A DNA stretch of 64,000 nucleotides from Syncephalis fuscata S228 (taxonomy: Eukaryota > Fungi > Zoopagomycota), in the NCBI GenBank assembly GCA_025786725.1, contig JAHLTZ010000004.1:124001-188000 (forward strand), read 5' to 3'. Of the stretch, positions 36,159 through 57,643 are shown piece by piece (position 1 is the first letter of the stretch; every line of letters begins with the position of its first letter). A program made the position numbers and the translations under genes. Below the pieces are notes generated by a model. That model saw only the letters and a list, made by a program, of their open reading frames with translations. It ran no database searches and was not told the DNA's origin.

Positions 36159-37363
36159 ATCATCGGCAATTCTCAGTATTAAACGTAAATGATATTGTAG
36201 GTAAGTAGATGTGGAGGGAAAGAGTTGAGTGTTCAAGAGGGCATGCGTATGCATGGAAAAACGGCTGCAGATGTTCAAGGAAAGGCCACATGCATCTGGC
36301 CATTGTTGCTTGGGCTGAACGCGTGGTTCATTTCTATGTTACACAAAGCATCTGAATTCAACTCAGAAACCGTATTGATCCACTAATGTGGCACAGTCTT
36401 GATTGATTGCTTCATTTATTATATACACTATAATTATTTTGTGACTTGATTTCTAAACGTCACAATAGTTGCAAACATGCTGACTTATAAAATCCATGGC
36501 AACAGATAATAAAATGATTTGGTTTTATAAATAATATATTAAATCTTATTTGGATAATTATAGATATTTAGCACAATCTAGCTGTATTACGTATCTCATC
36601 AATGGAGTAATTGTAGTGTCATTTACATGTTGCTGATATTTTTTATTATAAAATCGTTGTGTTTAAGTAGTAGCTATTACTATATAACAAATTGATGGCC
36701 ATTTACTTAATAACGTTTGGTTTATTCATAGTATTTATATGCATAATGCTTCATTGAACCATTTGATTTGTACTCTATTGTCTTTTATTTTTTTCATTTT
36801 TACAAATATTAAGCAATTTATAATCATTTTGTATTAAATGACTAAATTTAATAATGCTCAGTCTATTGAACATGATGATGAATGGGGAATGACATTTATC
36901 ATCAAATACTTATCATCATAGATTTATTATCCAGTATGCATATATCCACTATTTACCTATACCATTCAAATTGTTGTCTATTTAACACTGATTTTATTAG
37001 CTGTGAGTTTTGGCTTACTTTACTTATTAAACATATACATTACAGCTTTAACATTATTATTTATGTTTTCTTTTTTATTATACAGCAGTTTACATACAAA
37101 TAGCTACATTTTATTCATAATATATATATATAGATAAATACTATTGATTCAAATACAACTATTTAAATAATTGGTCATTGCTTTTAGTGTAAACATTGCA
37201 AATACTAATTATAAATTATTTCTACTTATTTATTAACTGCAAAAATACGTGCCTTTATAACATAATTAATGACATTAAGCGAAAATACAATTAACCAATA
37301 TATATATATTTAATAGCACGGTATTACCGTTGTTATTAATATCACAATCATTGATTAATTAAT

Positions 37364-39836
37364 TTACTGCATTTCAACATCAAATGTCTCGTCGTTAGAA
37401 AGATCAAATTCGTCGTAGCCGCTATTGTAGTATTGCGGCATGCTATGGAACCAAAATCCTGTTGTAACATCGTTCTCCATAGCTTCGTCGGTCGGTGCCA
37501 GTGCATGGCCTACGTAATAGTTGCCGTGTCTATCTTCTGCATGGGCCATTCGTTCGGCAGCCAATCGAGCTGCCGCAAGTACGCGCTGATTATGAAGTCG
37601 CTCGGCAATGGCCATGGCAATAGCTTGTCGAGGCTGACTTGTATTCTCGAGTGGATGGGTTGTAAGACGATTACCCGGTCCATCTGATGCCTCATCGTTA
37701 GGCCGTGCCCGTTTAGCCTCCGGCATATTTAATGATAATGTACTTTGGTGGCTAGTATGAATGTAATTTAGATTGTTGTTATCGCTATTATAATTGGGTG
37801 GGGCAGGACGGATAAAGCTTCTATGCGCCACAGGAGTTGGCCGTGGTCGGCGATTACGCTTTTTAATGACATTTGTTTTAAGGCTTTTAGGCCGTAATAC
37901 GCCGTGTAATTTAAGAAATAGACCACATGCATTGCATAGTGGACGACCTTCAGGATCACGACGCCATAAGGGTGTTACAGTAGTTTCACAATTTTGACAG
38001 CTAATGATTACCGATGGATCATCGCCATTAGGTAAATCATCGCTGCCGTTTGTAGTCGCATCTACTGTAGATGTATCACTGTTTTTTAGTTTGCTTTGTA
38101 GCCCACTATCGATGGAATCTGTGCGTGGTGCGTCGACAAGACGACGATCGTTAGAACTCATTTTATCTGAAGCATTAGACGTGGTAGCAGCCATTGTATA
38201 TACATAATCGGGCATACCACGAATGCCCCCAATACTTAGCAATTTACCTCCTACGTCGTCTCCTCCACCACCGTCGCCGCTGCCTCCACCACGGCCAACA
38301 CCGCCGATGGTACAGGTGGGACTTGTAGTGGCCGTGAAGGCAGAAGTGACGTGTGGGGATCCTAGAACAGTATTATTGTCATTAATAATACCGTTCATAG
38401 CCGTTGTCGTACTCGTTAGACCAAATAAAGTATTGGCTGCACTAATGGCACTCAATGTTACATCCGAGCCAATAAGTGCCGATAAATGATTGCTTGATGT
38501 AGCAGCAGTAGTGGTGAAGTCATTAGACAGCGATTGTAATTGTTGTGGTCGACGGCTATTGCTGTCCAAAGAACATTAAATGTAAAAGGAAAGTTGGCTA
38601 GCATATTTGTTGATGAAAGCAAAGCAGCACTATCTAATCCATACTTGTTATAGTGCTCGATGATAATAGTGAACTTGGCACAGACGGTGATGATACCATT
38701 GCTGTATTCAATGCTGTCGGTGTTGCGTATGGAAACAGAGGCGAAACAGTAGCTGAATATGAATCATCGGCCGGAATTGTAATACTGGATCCAGTTCGTT
38801 CTAGTAAACGAGGTGTAGCATTGCTTGTTGTTGATGCGCGCGCCATATTTGGACGTGACAATTTAAGCGATGGTTTTACCGGCTTTCTAATGTTACGACC
38901 TGTACTTTGTTGCGCCTTAATCGTAGTAGTGGCACTTGGATATCGTATATCCATCAATGACTGACTTCTTTCCATTATAGGAGGTACGCTTCCGCAGCCA
39001 GTTGGTGTCGGTACGGTATTTGACATATATACTGGTGATCGATTAAGCGTATCTTTAATTTGTATATCATCTGCAGGGGCGGATAATCCACGTGTAAATA
39101 CTTTATCATTAATAAACTTTTTATCGTTATTTTGATTAGACATTGTAGTTGTTGATCCTAATCTGGATACCGAAGAAGAAGAAGAAGAAGAGCATAGTAA
39201 TAAGTCATCTTTTGTCAAGCTGTGCTCCTCTTCATCTATCTGTTTACGCTTTAAACTAAGTGACATAATACGCCATGCTAAATTCTCAACTCGAGAAGAT
39301 TGTGACAGTCGCTCTTTAGCTCGATTATACATACGCCAGATTTGAGTGGCCGATTCCTCGTCTGGTCGATCAGTAACTGGCGTGCTGTCACGCACTTTTG
39401 TCGATGATATACTTGCTTCCTCTGGTCCAACTGATCCAGACTGACTCGATCCATCAAATGCCCGGGGTGATTCGGCAAAATCTACCGAGTTGGGTGAGTG
39501 TACATCGCGGTACATTGGTGAACCCGGTGCTATTGTTATTATAGAACGATGACTGCTTCCTGTTGTGTCACTTGGTAACGCATTTCTATACTGGAAAAGA
39601 TATGGGTTCTGTGTGGCAACAGGAGAACCTCTCGATTCGGCCAACGAACTAGATATATTGCTAGAGGGGAAATAGGAAGCAGTTGGCGATAAGGCCGTTT
39701 GAGCTAATCTAGCCGCGGCAGACAACGCAGTAGAACTGCCAAAGAGCGACTCTAGCGGACTAGTCTCCCTCGAACCACCAACTATTGCTGCAGTGATCAG
39801 CGAGGCATGAGCCGCTGTTCCTAATGGGGCCGACAT
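37364..39836 (-). CDS. areA: AreA/Nit2/Gat1-like GATA nitrogen regulator; junction at ~38570-38645 uncertain
   Basis: DUF1752-like [32 protein letters not shown] and GATA finger [50 protein letters not shown]. Confidence 0.85.
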
Positions 39837-41066
39837 AGTGTCGATACTGAACTAACTAAGTAATAGCAATGTTGAAAAAGAATAATATAGTTGTAGAATC
39901 GCAAAGAGACCCAGATTTAAAGGTAAAATAAAGCAATATTTCGCAAATAAAATAACGCTACGAGTTACTACACCACCACCACTACTACTACGAATAAAAA
40001 TAGCAATAATGATAATAGAGCAAAGGATAGAGAAAGAAAAGTCTCGCTAGTAACGGAATGAATAATAAGAATAATAGAAAAGAACACGACGTTCAAGGGT
40101 GTGACTTGTACTAAAGATAAGCAGCCGCCGTGTATATATATAGAAATGTGAGAATGGCAGATTATACTTCTCTCCTCTCTTCGTCAAAAGATTGTTATCA
40201 GGAATCTGAGTTCAATCGGAAGTTGCACGAGTTGCATACGTACACACAAATAGACATCTACGCACATATACATGCATATATACGTATAACATGTGATAAT
40301 GGCCTATGAACTACCAAGTATAGATTTAATTGTGTTATTTAAACGGTCTAATAGGAGAATATTAAGTAGTAAAATACAAACACGTTTATCTTTTGCCTAT
40401 CATGGCAGTTAATGAATGATTTGAGTAAAAAGTAAATAACCATCATTTATAGCTATTTATTCATATTACAGTAATAAATTAATTTATAGATAAACTATCT
40501 AGTATGCAATCATATTAAATAGTATTGATAACAAAAAAGTCGGAATATAATAAACCAGTTATGTATGTATAAATCTGGTATACTCGAACTCGCCTTGGAA
40601 TAAACAGCAATAAATTGAACGAAAAAGGCTTACGCATTTGAAGTGTGACACTAACGAATTTCTAATTAATAAAAGGTAAAAATCTACTATAAATTCACAA
40701 TGCTATACAAAATTTGATTATTAATAGATAGTAGGACTAGGATTAGTGTTAGAATTAATACTTATTATTATTATTATTATTCAAATTTATAAAGTAAATA
40801 AAATTATTATTAGACTCTTTCAATGACAATAGATTAATTGGAAATAGTATATCCAACAAAAAAGACAATACTGCACAATAGGTCAGATCATAAACAAGAT
40901 ATGGCCGGGATAGACAACAACAACAACAGTAACAGTAATAGCAATAGCAATAATAATAGTATCAATACTAATATCAATAGCAATAACAACTGCAATAACA
41001 ACAGAAATAATAGCAACTATAACTAACTATAGCGCAATGACGAATAAAACAAGAAAATATAATAAA

Positions 41067-42708
41067 TCAAGTCCGGAATATATGGACTACACGTGTTATT
41101 TTATCCCGGCAAATTGGACACGCGTTGTGATCTTCTTGTAATCGTTTGGCGCATGACATACACGTCGCCATATGACCACATTCAAGGAACACGCAATTGA
41201 TAACGGCATCGCAGCAAATACGACATATATGGTCGTCTTCCGGTTGTACATTATTGTGTTTAACCATTTCTCGTGCAGTATTGTCGACTAAACGTTGGAC
41301 TCGTTGAATTAGCGTTGCTTTAGGCAGTTTCGGCTCGACTTTGACACAATTGTCTTCGAGGATAGCGCGTAGTGCAACAACGCTAAATGTTTCCAAATCT
41401 ATATTACCGCTAATAATGGCCGAAATAGGTGGTGGCGGAGGCGGTGACGTTTCTTCTGCGGGCACTTCTTCTGAGGCACCTCTTTCACTTGCTGATGCCT
41501 CTTGTAAATCAAATCCATAAAGTTGAGCCAACATTTGCTCAAATTGCTCGCGTTCCTCTAACATTTCCGGCGTCAATTCGATATCTTCAAGATCTACGGC
41601 TCGTCCTAGCAATAGCTGTTCGATCGATGATGCAAATAGTGACATGGCCGGCCGAATAGGCGACTCGGGCAGATTTGCTCGGAAAAAGCGTTCTTGTGCA
41701 TCGGTAATGGGCTGAGCCGCTACAATAATACTGGCCAGCTCTGTCTTATCCTCGGGTAGCGGTGTTTCTAGTGCTAAATCGAATGCTGTAATAAAGTTAC
41801 GTAATAGTTTTACTCGTTGTTCCACTAGTTCTTCCATGGGCATGGTAATTACTATTAATAGATTTATTAGTAATCGTAATAACTTTAATCGATTTAAATA
41901 CTTACATGGAATAAATTTGTTGCAGTAATCGCATACAGATACTGGGCTGTAGATAGCGTGGTTAGTATGTGTCAGTCAACTACGCAGCCACTTACTCATA
42001 ATAGCCGAATTGTGGCAATAAAGAACGGGGCTGAGTACAGCTGTAACAACATACGCTGCCTATAGACACATGATAAGTAGGGTATAGGCCTAGTTTACAC
42101 TAAATACATACCGCAGTAATGGCAATGGTGCTATAAATATACCAAGACAAAGAAGAAATAGAACGTACGGGTTAGCACTATTAGTAGCAAGCGATACTTA
42201 TACTATGCACCTTTCGTCGATAGAATGAGAATTGGTTGCCGCAGTGATAGCAAGAAGAAGCCTCACTGCTTGATTTCAAGCGGGGGATGGTGTGAGTAAG
42301 CGGTGGGTGAAATGATGCACCTGGCGACAGTGTGCAACTACGTGGTCTTGCGGGTAAAATAGCCATGGCCTCAATCGAGCTATGCATATCATCAGCACTC
42401 ATAGTAACTGCACGAGTGCGTAATCGATTAACAGTTGGTGGTGTAGGCTCAATGGTTGAAAGTGTAGGCTCGCAAGTACCGGCGGTGTCTGTATCATCAA
42501 CAATTGCGACTGATCGTTCCTCGCTAGGCCCAAGTTCCCCGGTCAAGGGCATTTTATGGTCACGGGAACTATCTATACTGGACGCACCCAGCAGACAGTC
42601 GGTTCGGCCGTTTAAGTTAGTAGTAGACTCGACTGTATTAACAGCCGTGGGTATTTGCGACAATCTTGCTGGTGATGCCTGATCACCGTAGAGCCAGCGG
42701 GCGAACAT
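41067..42708 (-). CDS. FYVE + helical (SAP/HeH-like) + C-terminal C3HC4 RING E3 ligase, RNF34/RFFL-like architecture
   Basis: Spliced FYVE CYHCGNQFSFYRRKHHCHYCG..VCCYSC..VSVCDYC, FSVVALRAILEDNCV..KATLIQRVQRL, and CRICCDAVINCVFLECGHMATCMSCA..CPICRDKITRVVHIFRT. Confidence 0.85.
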
Positions 42709-44789
42709 ACGGTATGAACGGAACAAAGAAGTGTATCAAGGTGTATGTAAAAAGAAGCGTATAATAATTGTCGGGATGTTAGAGGCGTTAGTCACAGCCA
42801 CACAGCAGAATGGCCCTTGTACACTAGCGCTAGTAGTTATAGACGCAACGACAATGAATTAAATAAGACGGTAACACCTTTACCGAAACCAATAAAGATA
42901 AAAATAGAACGAAGGTCGAAAAGACACCACGTAGAGAAGTCTACAAGTAAGTGGAATAGAAGAAAAGAGTTATGAAACGACTTCTTAGACAGGCGGTCAG
43001 TCAATAAACGTGTTGCAAGATAGTTAATACGCCGACGAGTGTTGCAGCAATGAAAAATAAAGCCAGCAATTAATAAACAATATAGACAGGCATACACAAA
43101 TAGGCAGTGCTCTGTTGTTCTAATACGAACTACAATAAAAGAGGTGTTTGACGAGATGACAGTGGCGGGGCTTTTGAAAAATGAAATACGAAACTACAAC
43201 TAGATAGAAGTAGCGATGCATCAAATTTGGAAATGATTCCTGTGTGTATGTGCGTGTGTGTGTGGATGAATGAGTGAACGAGTGAATGGATTTGTATAAT
43301 AAAACTCAACAACAAATGAACCAGTATGGGAAGATCGACCATTGATTGGCCGGGGGTACATTCGTGTGATACATAGAGGGTGAGTTTTAAGCATTCAGCC
43401 ATGTGTGTGGTATGAGTTGGCTTAGCTGATGGGCGTTATCGATTGTAGTAATGGTGTCTTACAGGTTTATGTCTAGCAAGAAAGAGTGTGTGGTTGGAAG
43501 AGAGACCAAGACCGAGGAATGAAAGAAGAAAACAGGGCAGCCTTCTACTCTAGGCTCTAACCGTCTGCAGAGATTGGATAGATATAGCAGCATTGATTGG
43601 TTATCATCCGCCATTCCATACATATCGACGTACATATAGAGGCACACACACTACATAGACAGTGATACAGATAAGTAGAGAATAGTAAGCATGCGTGGAT
43701 TCACATGTGGCCTTCCATAGACACAAATAGATAGATATAGAATAGCACACCATCACCAATACCCGTCATAGGCAAGATTGCAGGTACACACCCACCCACC
43801 CACAAACGCACAGTCATTGACGCACATCCACCCATTAACGCACAAACACACACTTGACAATCCTATTCGTCGTTAGCATAATACAATTGATTAATAATGG
43901 CTAATTGTTAATTAAATGACTAAATCGCTTGACGACCCCTCCAAATCATGATATCATTAATCTATGACTACAGATTACTTGTAAGCTTTATAATAACTTT
44001 TATCATACTAATGACTTATTAAATTGAAGTGACCGGCTAATAATGATCTATGCCGCCTATTCCACACTTACTGCAGGGAATCAAATGCAGCGATGACCTG
44101 ACTGGACAAGCATAACGACCATAGATCTTTGCCTGCACGCACTGATCAGTAGTCGTGACGATGCTACTACTACTACTACTACCAATAATAATAATAATAA
44201 TAATAATAACAATAAAATGATTTATATTATTTACTAATCAGTCAATTTGCCATGTGTTACAGGTTGTCACCTAGTAATCAGTTTATTCGCATAATCGGTT
44301 ATTGTAATATAATAGATTTATTGAAGGAGATATTGTCGTTTCTAATACCGGCTAATTCATTTATCACTGTGTATTTAATCAATTGTCTAGTGACCATTTT
44401 ATTTTTTTCGTTCTATTTTGCACTCTTGACCAACTACTATTCTTTGTAAATATTCAATTCTGGTAAGTGTAGCAGTTTATATCGCCGTTTATTTTCTCTT
44501 TCTCTCTCTCTATATATATATAGTGTATTCTCTTGATGTACTCTCTTAGTATATTGTATAGTGTTGTTATTTATATGGATACGCTTTAATTTTACATCCA
44601 TCTAGCCACCTAGCTATCTAATTGAATCTATTCTTTGAAAGGCAAGCTTTGTTTAAATTGGATTACCTTTTTTGTACTATTCTGAATTTATAAACTATCG
44701 GAGTTAAATTGTATAAATTCACGATCCCCAATCTATACTATTCGATAGAAGCATCTATACAAGTCTATCCATTTCTGTAAGTGTTGACC

Positions 44790-44882
44790 ACATACACACA
44801 GATACATACACACACACACACACACACATACATACATACATACACACAGATAGATAGATAAATAGATAGATAAATAGATATA
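44790..44882. repeat. Compound microsatellite (CA)n/(TACA)n/(GATA)n
   Basis: Directly visible in the long intergenic region between two divergent genes. Confidence 0.85.
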
Positions 44883-46090
44883 TGTATTTAACAGTAATAC
44901 TACTATCCATCTATTCTTGTGGCACAATCAATGTCTACATTTGTACACATTTTAATCGTTTATTAAGTTATAACGGTTTAGTAGACACAAATATAAAAAA
45001 TAGGCCATAACTGTCCCACCTTTGTCTTATCATTGATCGTTTTATAACACGGCACCTTTTATTACCCATTGAACTTGTTACTACTAATAATTAACGTCTT
45101 TTTATGCAAATACATTTTACATTTTTCATTTTTACTTTTCATTTTCTCGCCAAATGATGTCATTTTACCCAAGGCCATTATATTTATTTCAAACTTGTTA
45201 TCGGTAATCTTATTGTCATAGGTGTAAATTATTTATGGAAAGTGTAGAAGCATTAACTCCGGCGATGTAGTGCGGGCTAATTAAGCGATGCCACTTCATA
45301 ACTTGTTCCAAATCCATGTGTCTTCTGTGCACATGCAAGTATACATTCACCTATTCAATTGCTGATACACCTTACACTACACGCGTATACACACAAACAC
45401 AAACACACACACCTCGTATACAACTTGCTTTCTATCCTCTCTCTCTATCTCTCTCTCTATCTCCATCCTCTCTCTACGCTCAATTCCCCTATCTATCCAC
45501 GCTCTGTCCTTCCTTGTTCACTCGCTTATTTATATTCTTTGTGATTTGGACGGACTAGACAGTTATTTGTCAGGAGCCGCTTATCCATCTCTAGCGTTTA
45601 CTTCTTTGTTTTGTGTGTGTAGGTGTAGGTGTATATGCGTGCATTCTCCTTTACTGTCATCTCCTGAGTGAATTTGTCTTTATTCGCTTTGTTCGCTTAG
45701 CGTCTCCGCGTCGCGGGTCTTCTTTAATCTTTCTTGTCGTTCATATTATTGGCTATTTTGACCCTTTGTTCTTATAATAGCGATACCCGTCATTAGTACT
45801 ATTCCATTATTATTATTATTATTACTATTATTATTATTGTCGCTTTATTACTATTTTATTACTAGTATTACTACTACCGCTAACACTATTGTTGTTGTTG
45901 TTGTTGTTGCTTGTCTATTTACACCGCATAGTCTTTTTTATTGAATTTGTTACGAATTGTTGCGTATTTGCATTCGCAAAGTCTTATTCTTTGCCTCATA
46001 GTTATCTGCAGTGCCGCTTGCTCATTAACTGGTAGTGCGCTTGGCAGGCGACGACGTGCCTCGCTTGGCCGACTCTAACTATTGCCAGCC

Positions 46091-49000
46091 ATGTCGCTGG
46101 AATCCGTTTACACGGTGATACCGGTGCTATTTAATAACGCGGGACTAGAAAACACTGGGAAAAATGACGCTGATACGCAAAAAACTTCATCAACAGCGTC
46201 CAAATTACTGTCGGGTACCACAGAGACCGATATAGATGCCGCGGCGCTAGAAATCTTCGATTCGACATGGGACTTGTCGACGGCATCACCTACACTGCTG
46301 GCCACCGCACGCGCCGATGAATTACTTGCGCCCGGATCAACAGAGCCGGCTGCAGGTACATTCAAGCCATACCGGCCATCGTCGCCGCCCCTACCACAGC
46401 TGCCAGCATTTGGCTTGGATATCCAGCGCCAGTTATCGACTTCATCTTCAACATCGTCAACCGGTTCACTACAACAAAGCCTTTCACGGTCCGGGACCAG
46501 CAGGCACCAAGGCGATGATGGTGTGCACTCTGAGGCGGACCGATCTGCACGAGAGGTTGCACGCCAGTTGCATGCGTTCCAGGAATTACTAGATACCGAA
46601 CGACGATACGTGCGCGACCTTGGTATATTAATAGAGGTAAGTGGGGTGGACTGTCTTAGAGGCCTTTAATAAGTTGCCCCATTTGGAAGAGACAGTCATG
46701 TGCAAAGCATGACAGTTACGCTAAGCCTTGTAATTCCATCATTATTTTGATATACTGATGCTGATAATGACTGGGTCCATCCTTTGTACGCTTCTTTGTA
46801 TCATGTGCATACTGCATACACGTGCTCTATTCACTTTCTATTTTCACTTTCTTTATTTCAGTGTACTAGTTAGTTAACATACAGCTATTTGCTGTTAGGC
46901 GCATAAACTGGATTATATTCAAATAACTAATCATTATGACGATAATACACACTATAGATATTTCTATCGCCGTTAGCATCTGTCATATGGATAACTGGAG
47001 AGCAAAAGAGAGCAGTTATTCGTAATGCATGGGTAATCCGTGGATGTCATAGTCTACTGCTGAAACAACTCGATGGTGTAATTACGGATATTATTGATAA
47101 ATTATCCACCAATTTGTCATTAACTATTGGCAATATTAATGTCAATAACAAGACAGATTATAACAATAATAGTAACAATATTGAAAAAGACTTACCATCA
47201 TTACCAAAAGATATAACACTCGGTCAAATATTTCTTGATCAAGTAAGCTATTTAAATTAATGATTATAGTAATAACAATAATAATAATTACTAATCATTT
47301 ATAAAGGCAGCCGATTTTCAATCCTATGTAGAATATTGCTCTGGTCATGACACGACATTGCGCGTATTAACACAATTGGCTGAGAATGCAAAATGGCGAT
47401 CCTATACAGAGTCGTGCAAAGAAAGACTACGTAACCAACGTGTAGAGACCCGTCTTACGCTACATGACTATTTGATTAAACCGGTACAAAGATTATGCCA
47501 ATATCCAATTACCATGCGAGAGATTATATCTTTTTACAAAGAAGGAACAAAAGAACATACCGATTTAATGAGTGCAATTGAAATGTTACGTGGTGTGGCC
47601 ACTTCCATTGACGATGCAAAACACTTGGAAGAGGCACGTCAACGGACTCAAGTATTCTTTTCGCGTGTCGATGAAGTGTCGGTAAGTAGCTAATGTATAC
47701 CAGTTTACATTATACTAATTAATACTGTACTATTAGCTATCAACGTTCCCTGGTATAAGCCATTATAAAGACGATGGGCTATTATTGGCCGGTGCACTTG
47801 AATTTGTCGATTATAGTCGCAAACCAAAACTATGCATCAAATATTATGGCTGTTTTGTATTTCCCGGTCTATTGCTAGTAACACGGGCTCGTCGTGCTAA
47901 AACTTATCATATTATTCATCGATTTGCCCTAACCGAAATGATGATGTGTGAATTGGATGCCAGTCAATGTAAGTCATCATGCTATTTAATATACTAGCTA
48001 TTAATTAGTCTATTATAATGATATAGCGCTATTGAAGTTTCCATGGCGATTAAAGTGTAGCAAAACACAACAAAATTATGATTTTGGGGCAGCAGGAAAA
48101 CAAGAACGCAAACTATGGCTTGATCTACTAAGCCGATACACTACACAGTTACGACTACGCCATAAGAATGATTCCACATCATCGCTTGATTCAATGGCAT
48201 CAGATTTTGGTCTTGAACGATCATTAAGCAACGGCAATAGCCATCATTATGATACAAAAGGCGATCCATTTACAGGCTCTTCCGATTCAGCCACTCTAGT
48301 TGATGCACTTGCCTGTTCACGTCGATCTCGCGGCAGTTCACGCAGTGATGATAGTACAGCGAGTAATGCAACACTGCCCACATCATCAACACTGACCACC
48401 ACGGTTAGACCCACCGGTTTAAACCGTCGCTATTCACATGGTAATCACGATTTCCAACATTCATCAGTGCGTAAATATGCATCAGATGGTCTGTCAACGG
48501 TGAATGAACGATCCAATACCATGCCCATCACTGATTATCCACGCGATAATAGTTTGGTACGTCGTATTCTACCATTACGTCGAACTCAATCGGTTGAATT
48601 TCGCGGCCTACCCACTCCACCACCACTACTCATATCACCCTCTGATGCCAATACACCTCGTTCAAATGAGCCAATTGGTCCACCGTCACCTCTACGCTCC
48701 AACTGGTCATTTAGATCATCGTCGGGCACGGAAGCAACGCCAGCTCGTCGAGCAACCATTGAACAACGCTTTGAAGATGTATTTACTCAGGACCATCAAA
48801 CGGTACATGCATTGGAAATGCGTCTACAAGTAGTGGCGGCCGAACAGCGTCGTGTCCAACAACTCCAAGAGGCAGAAGAGAATGAACGCCAATTACGCAA
48901 TCGTAATAGTATGAGTGTTATAGACAGCAATCGATTATCGGCCAAACGTAGAACGTATAGCGATAACTATTCAACCGGCTCTATAAATGATCAAACACGC

Positions 49001-50125
49001 CCTCCAATACCGGTGAGAACGTCAAGTCTACGCCAGACCAGTCTTCCCGTATCCAATAATTCAATAGAGAAATCTGTACTTAAAATTGCTCACCACAGTC
49101 TATCGCTAACCTTATCATCTGTTCGATTGACGACACCGTCCACGACTTCATTGAACGCAGCATCTAGTACACTAATCGCCAATACCACTAATGATATTAG
49201 TCAACATGACACGGATACTAACGACAATAGTAATGACATCGATGAGTTGAACACATTTAGCTATAGGCCACCATCTATCAATATGATGTCCAAAAGCTGT
49301 TCATCTTCGCCATTAATGCGACCACGTCCTAAACGTATTAATTCACTATTATTTTCATCTTCATTAAAGATTAATACAGATGTAGCCACTGGATCTTCAT
49401 CTTCATCTGATCAACAAACGCATCAACATCAACGATCTCTATCTCTACAAAGATCAACGCCACAACTTAGACTAGGTGGTAATGGACTGCGTACAGTGAG
49501 TCAGCCTACTTGTAGTGGCCAATCATCACCTATGAATGAAGAGATGGACTTTTTCGATACAGATCGATCAAGTAAAAGCAATACCATGACCCGTCTACTG
49601 CGTAATACATTCCGTAGAGCCCGTCCTCAAAGTACACCACCACCATCTCCATCATCGGGTAGTTTACGTGGACTGGTTTCAACACCATTTATGTCAAGAT
49701 CTACTACACCAACACCACCACCACGCCCACCCAAATCGCCATTAAGTAATGCCAGATTACTGACCACCACCCCCACACATCATATAACATCTTATTGTGA
49801 TATAGATACAATTAGTAATAGTAATAGTGAATCACGTTGTCATAGTACATTGTCACTGTCATCATATGAACAACATGATCATTATTGTCGTTATAATACG
49901 AATAGCAATAACAATAATAACCATGATTCCAATACTAATACTAATGGTCATGGCAGTGATGACGACGATACACATGGTCCTATTTCAGCACCATTACTAT
50001 CGTTGCCACCATTGCCATTATCGTCATCGTCACCATCTGTATCGGCACCTTCATCGCCTCTATGTCCATTAGGTATGCGTCATGGTAATTTGCCTATTCC
50101 ATCGGCTCGTTCTCCCGTTAGTTAA
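46091..50125 (+). CDS. Rho GEF (DH-PH) with a long Ser/Pro-rich C-terminus
   Basis: AFQELLDTERRYVRDLGILIE, LTLHDYLIKPVQRLCQYP, and PH region with YDFGAAGKQERKLWLDLL. Confidence 0.88.
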
Positions 50126-50627
50126 AAGCATTCTTGGTCTATTCTCTTTATTTGTGGTCAATGACCCGAATAATGATATAGTGTACAACACTATTAGAAA
50201 AGACTACTAGAATTAACCCTTACATTATTGTATACATCATTTCATTCTCTTTCAATTTCAATTTCAATTATTTCTTTGTGCGTATGATAATTGCGCCGTT
50301 TTTGCTTTTTCGTTCATTCATCGTTGTATTTTCTGCGTACTCTTTTATTTTACTAAAAAGAATGATTTCAATATATAATTATAAATATTAATAATAGTAA
50401 TTAGTTTATAAGTAATTGAATAGCAAAAATAATGTTTAGAGTAAAACACTAACACTAATCCTTCAATATTTCTATTAATAAAAGCGTATTCTTATATTTT
50501 TATTTGGGTTTTACAAAATTATCTACGATGCTCATCATCCAAACAACAAAACAATAACAAATACTATTTATACGCTTGTATAATTCCTTACTATTTGTAT
50601 GTATTATTCATTTATACACACAAATCA

Positions 50628-56737
<6,110 letters not shown>

Positions 56738-57643
56738 CCTAGCATATACTATTTATGAAATAAACGCGTTGAATAAAAATAAGAATAGGAATCAAGGAAA
56801 GATTGGAGATCGCTACGATAAAGGCAGCCTCGATAGAATAGAGATGAGAAAGGAAAGGTCGAGACAATTGATGAGAGGTAGATCGGATCGCAATGATGTA
56901 AAAAGTAAGCGATGGCCCGTCTAAGGCCGATAACTATTTGTTGTTGTTGTGTGTTTGGTGTACACGACGAACGATCGAATGAACGAACGAGCGCGTAACG
57001 TATTACTTTCTTTCTCACTAGCTCACTCGTCCTTCTTTGCCAGATGGATGTGTGTGCACGGTGAATAACAGCGCAGCAGGAAAAAGAAGCAGCATCCCGA
57101 GTCGACAGTTGGGGGAGGGAAATGGCGGCCTTATTTATAGGCGAGAATGAGTCATCTGCACTCATACTCTTTTTATTGTTGTATGTGTGTGTCAAGGCCA
57201 TTTATTCATCCACACAAATACTAAGGACATAGTTTGCAGTAATAACATCTCTATTAATAGTTTACAACTAGATTGGATGTATTAAACAAATTAGAGCTGT
57301 GATACGCGTTGACTACGAGTGTTGTTATTATTAATACAATTATTGCCACTATTGCTTTTGATACTATTTGCAGCTTGATATACTGTTTATCATTATGAAT
57401 CTATCACTGTACTAAGCCGTCAACTTAACTCAATCGTCTAGTTGCAAGTGTATAATAACAATCGTGCTATTATATAGTCTCAATTGAGACTAGTATACAT
57501 GGCTAGACTTTTTGTTAGTTTAGTTTCAATACTTGCTAATTTGCTTCCATCTTACTAAGCACCGTTGACTGCGTTAGTTATATTCCAGTTTACCTTTTTC
57601 TACAAAACGACTTTAGTCTTTAAACGATTAAAATAGCATCGAT

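Noticed and set aside
40838-41026. Poly-Asn ORF and similar short ORFs at 42837-45558
   Set aside because: They translate trinucleotide or dinucleotide microsatellites in UTR and intergenic DNA.
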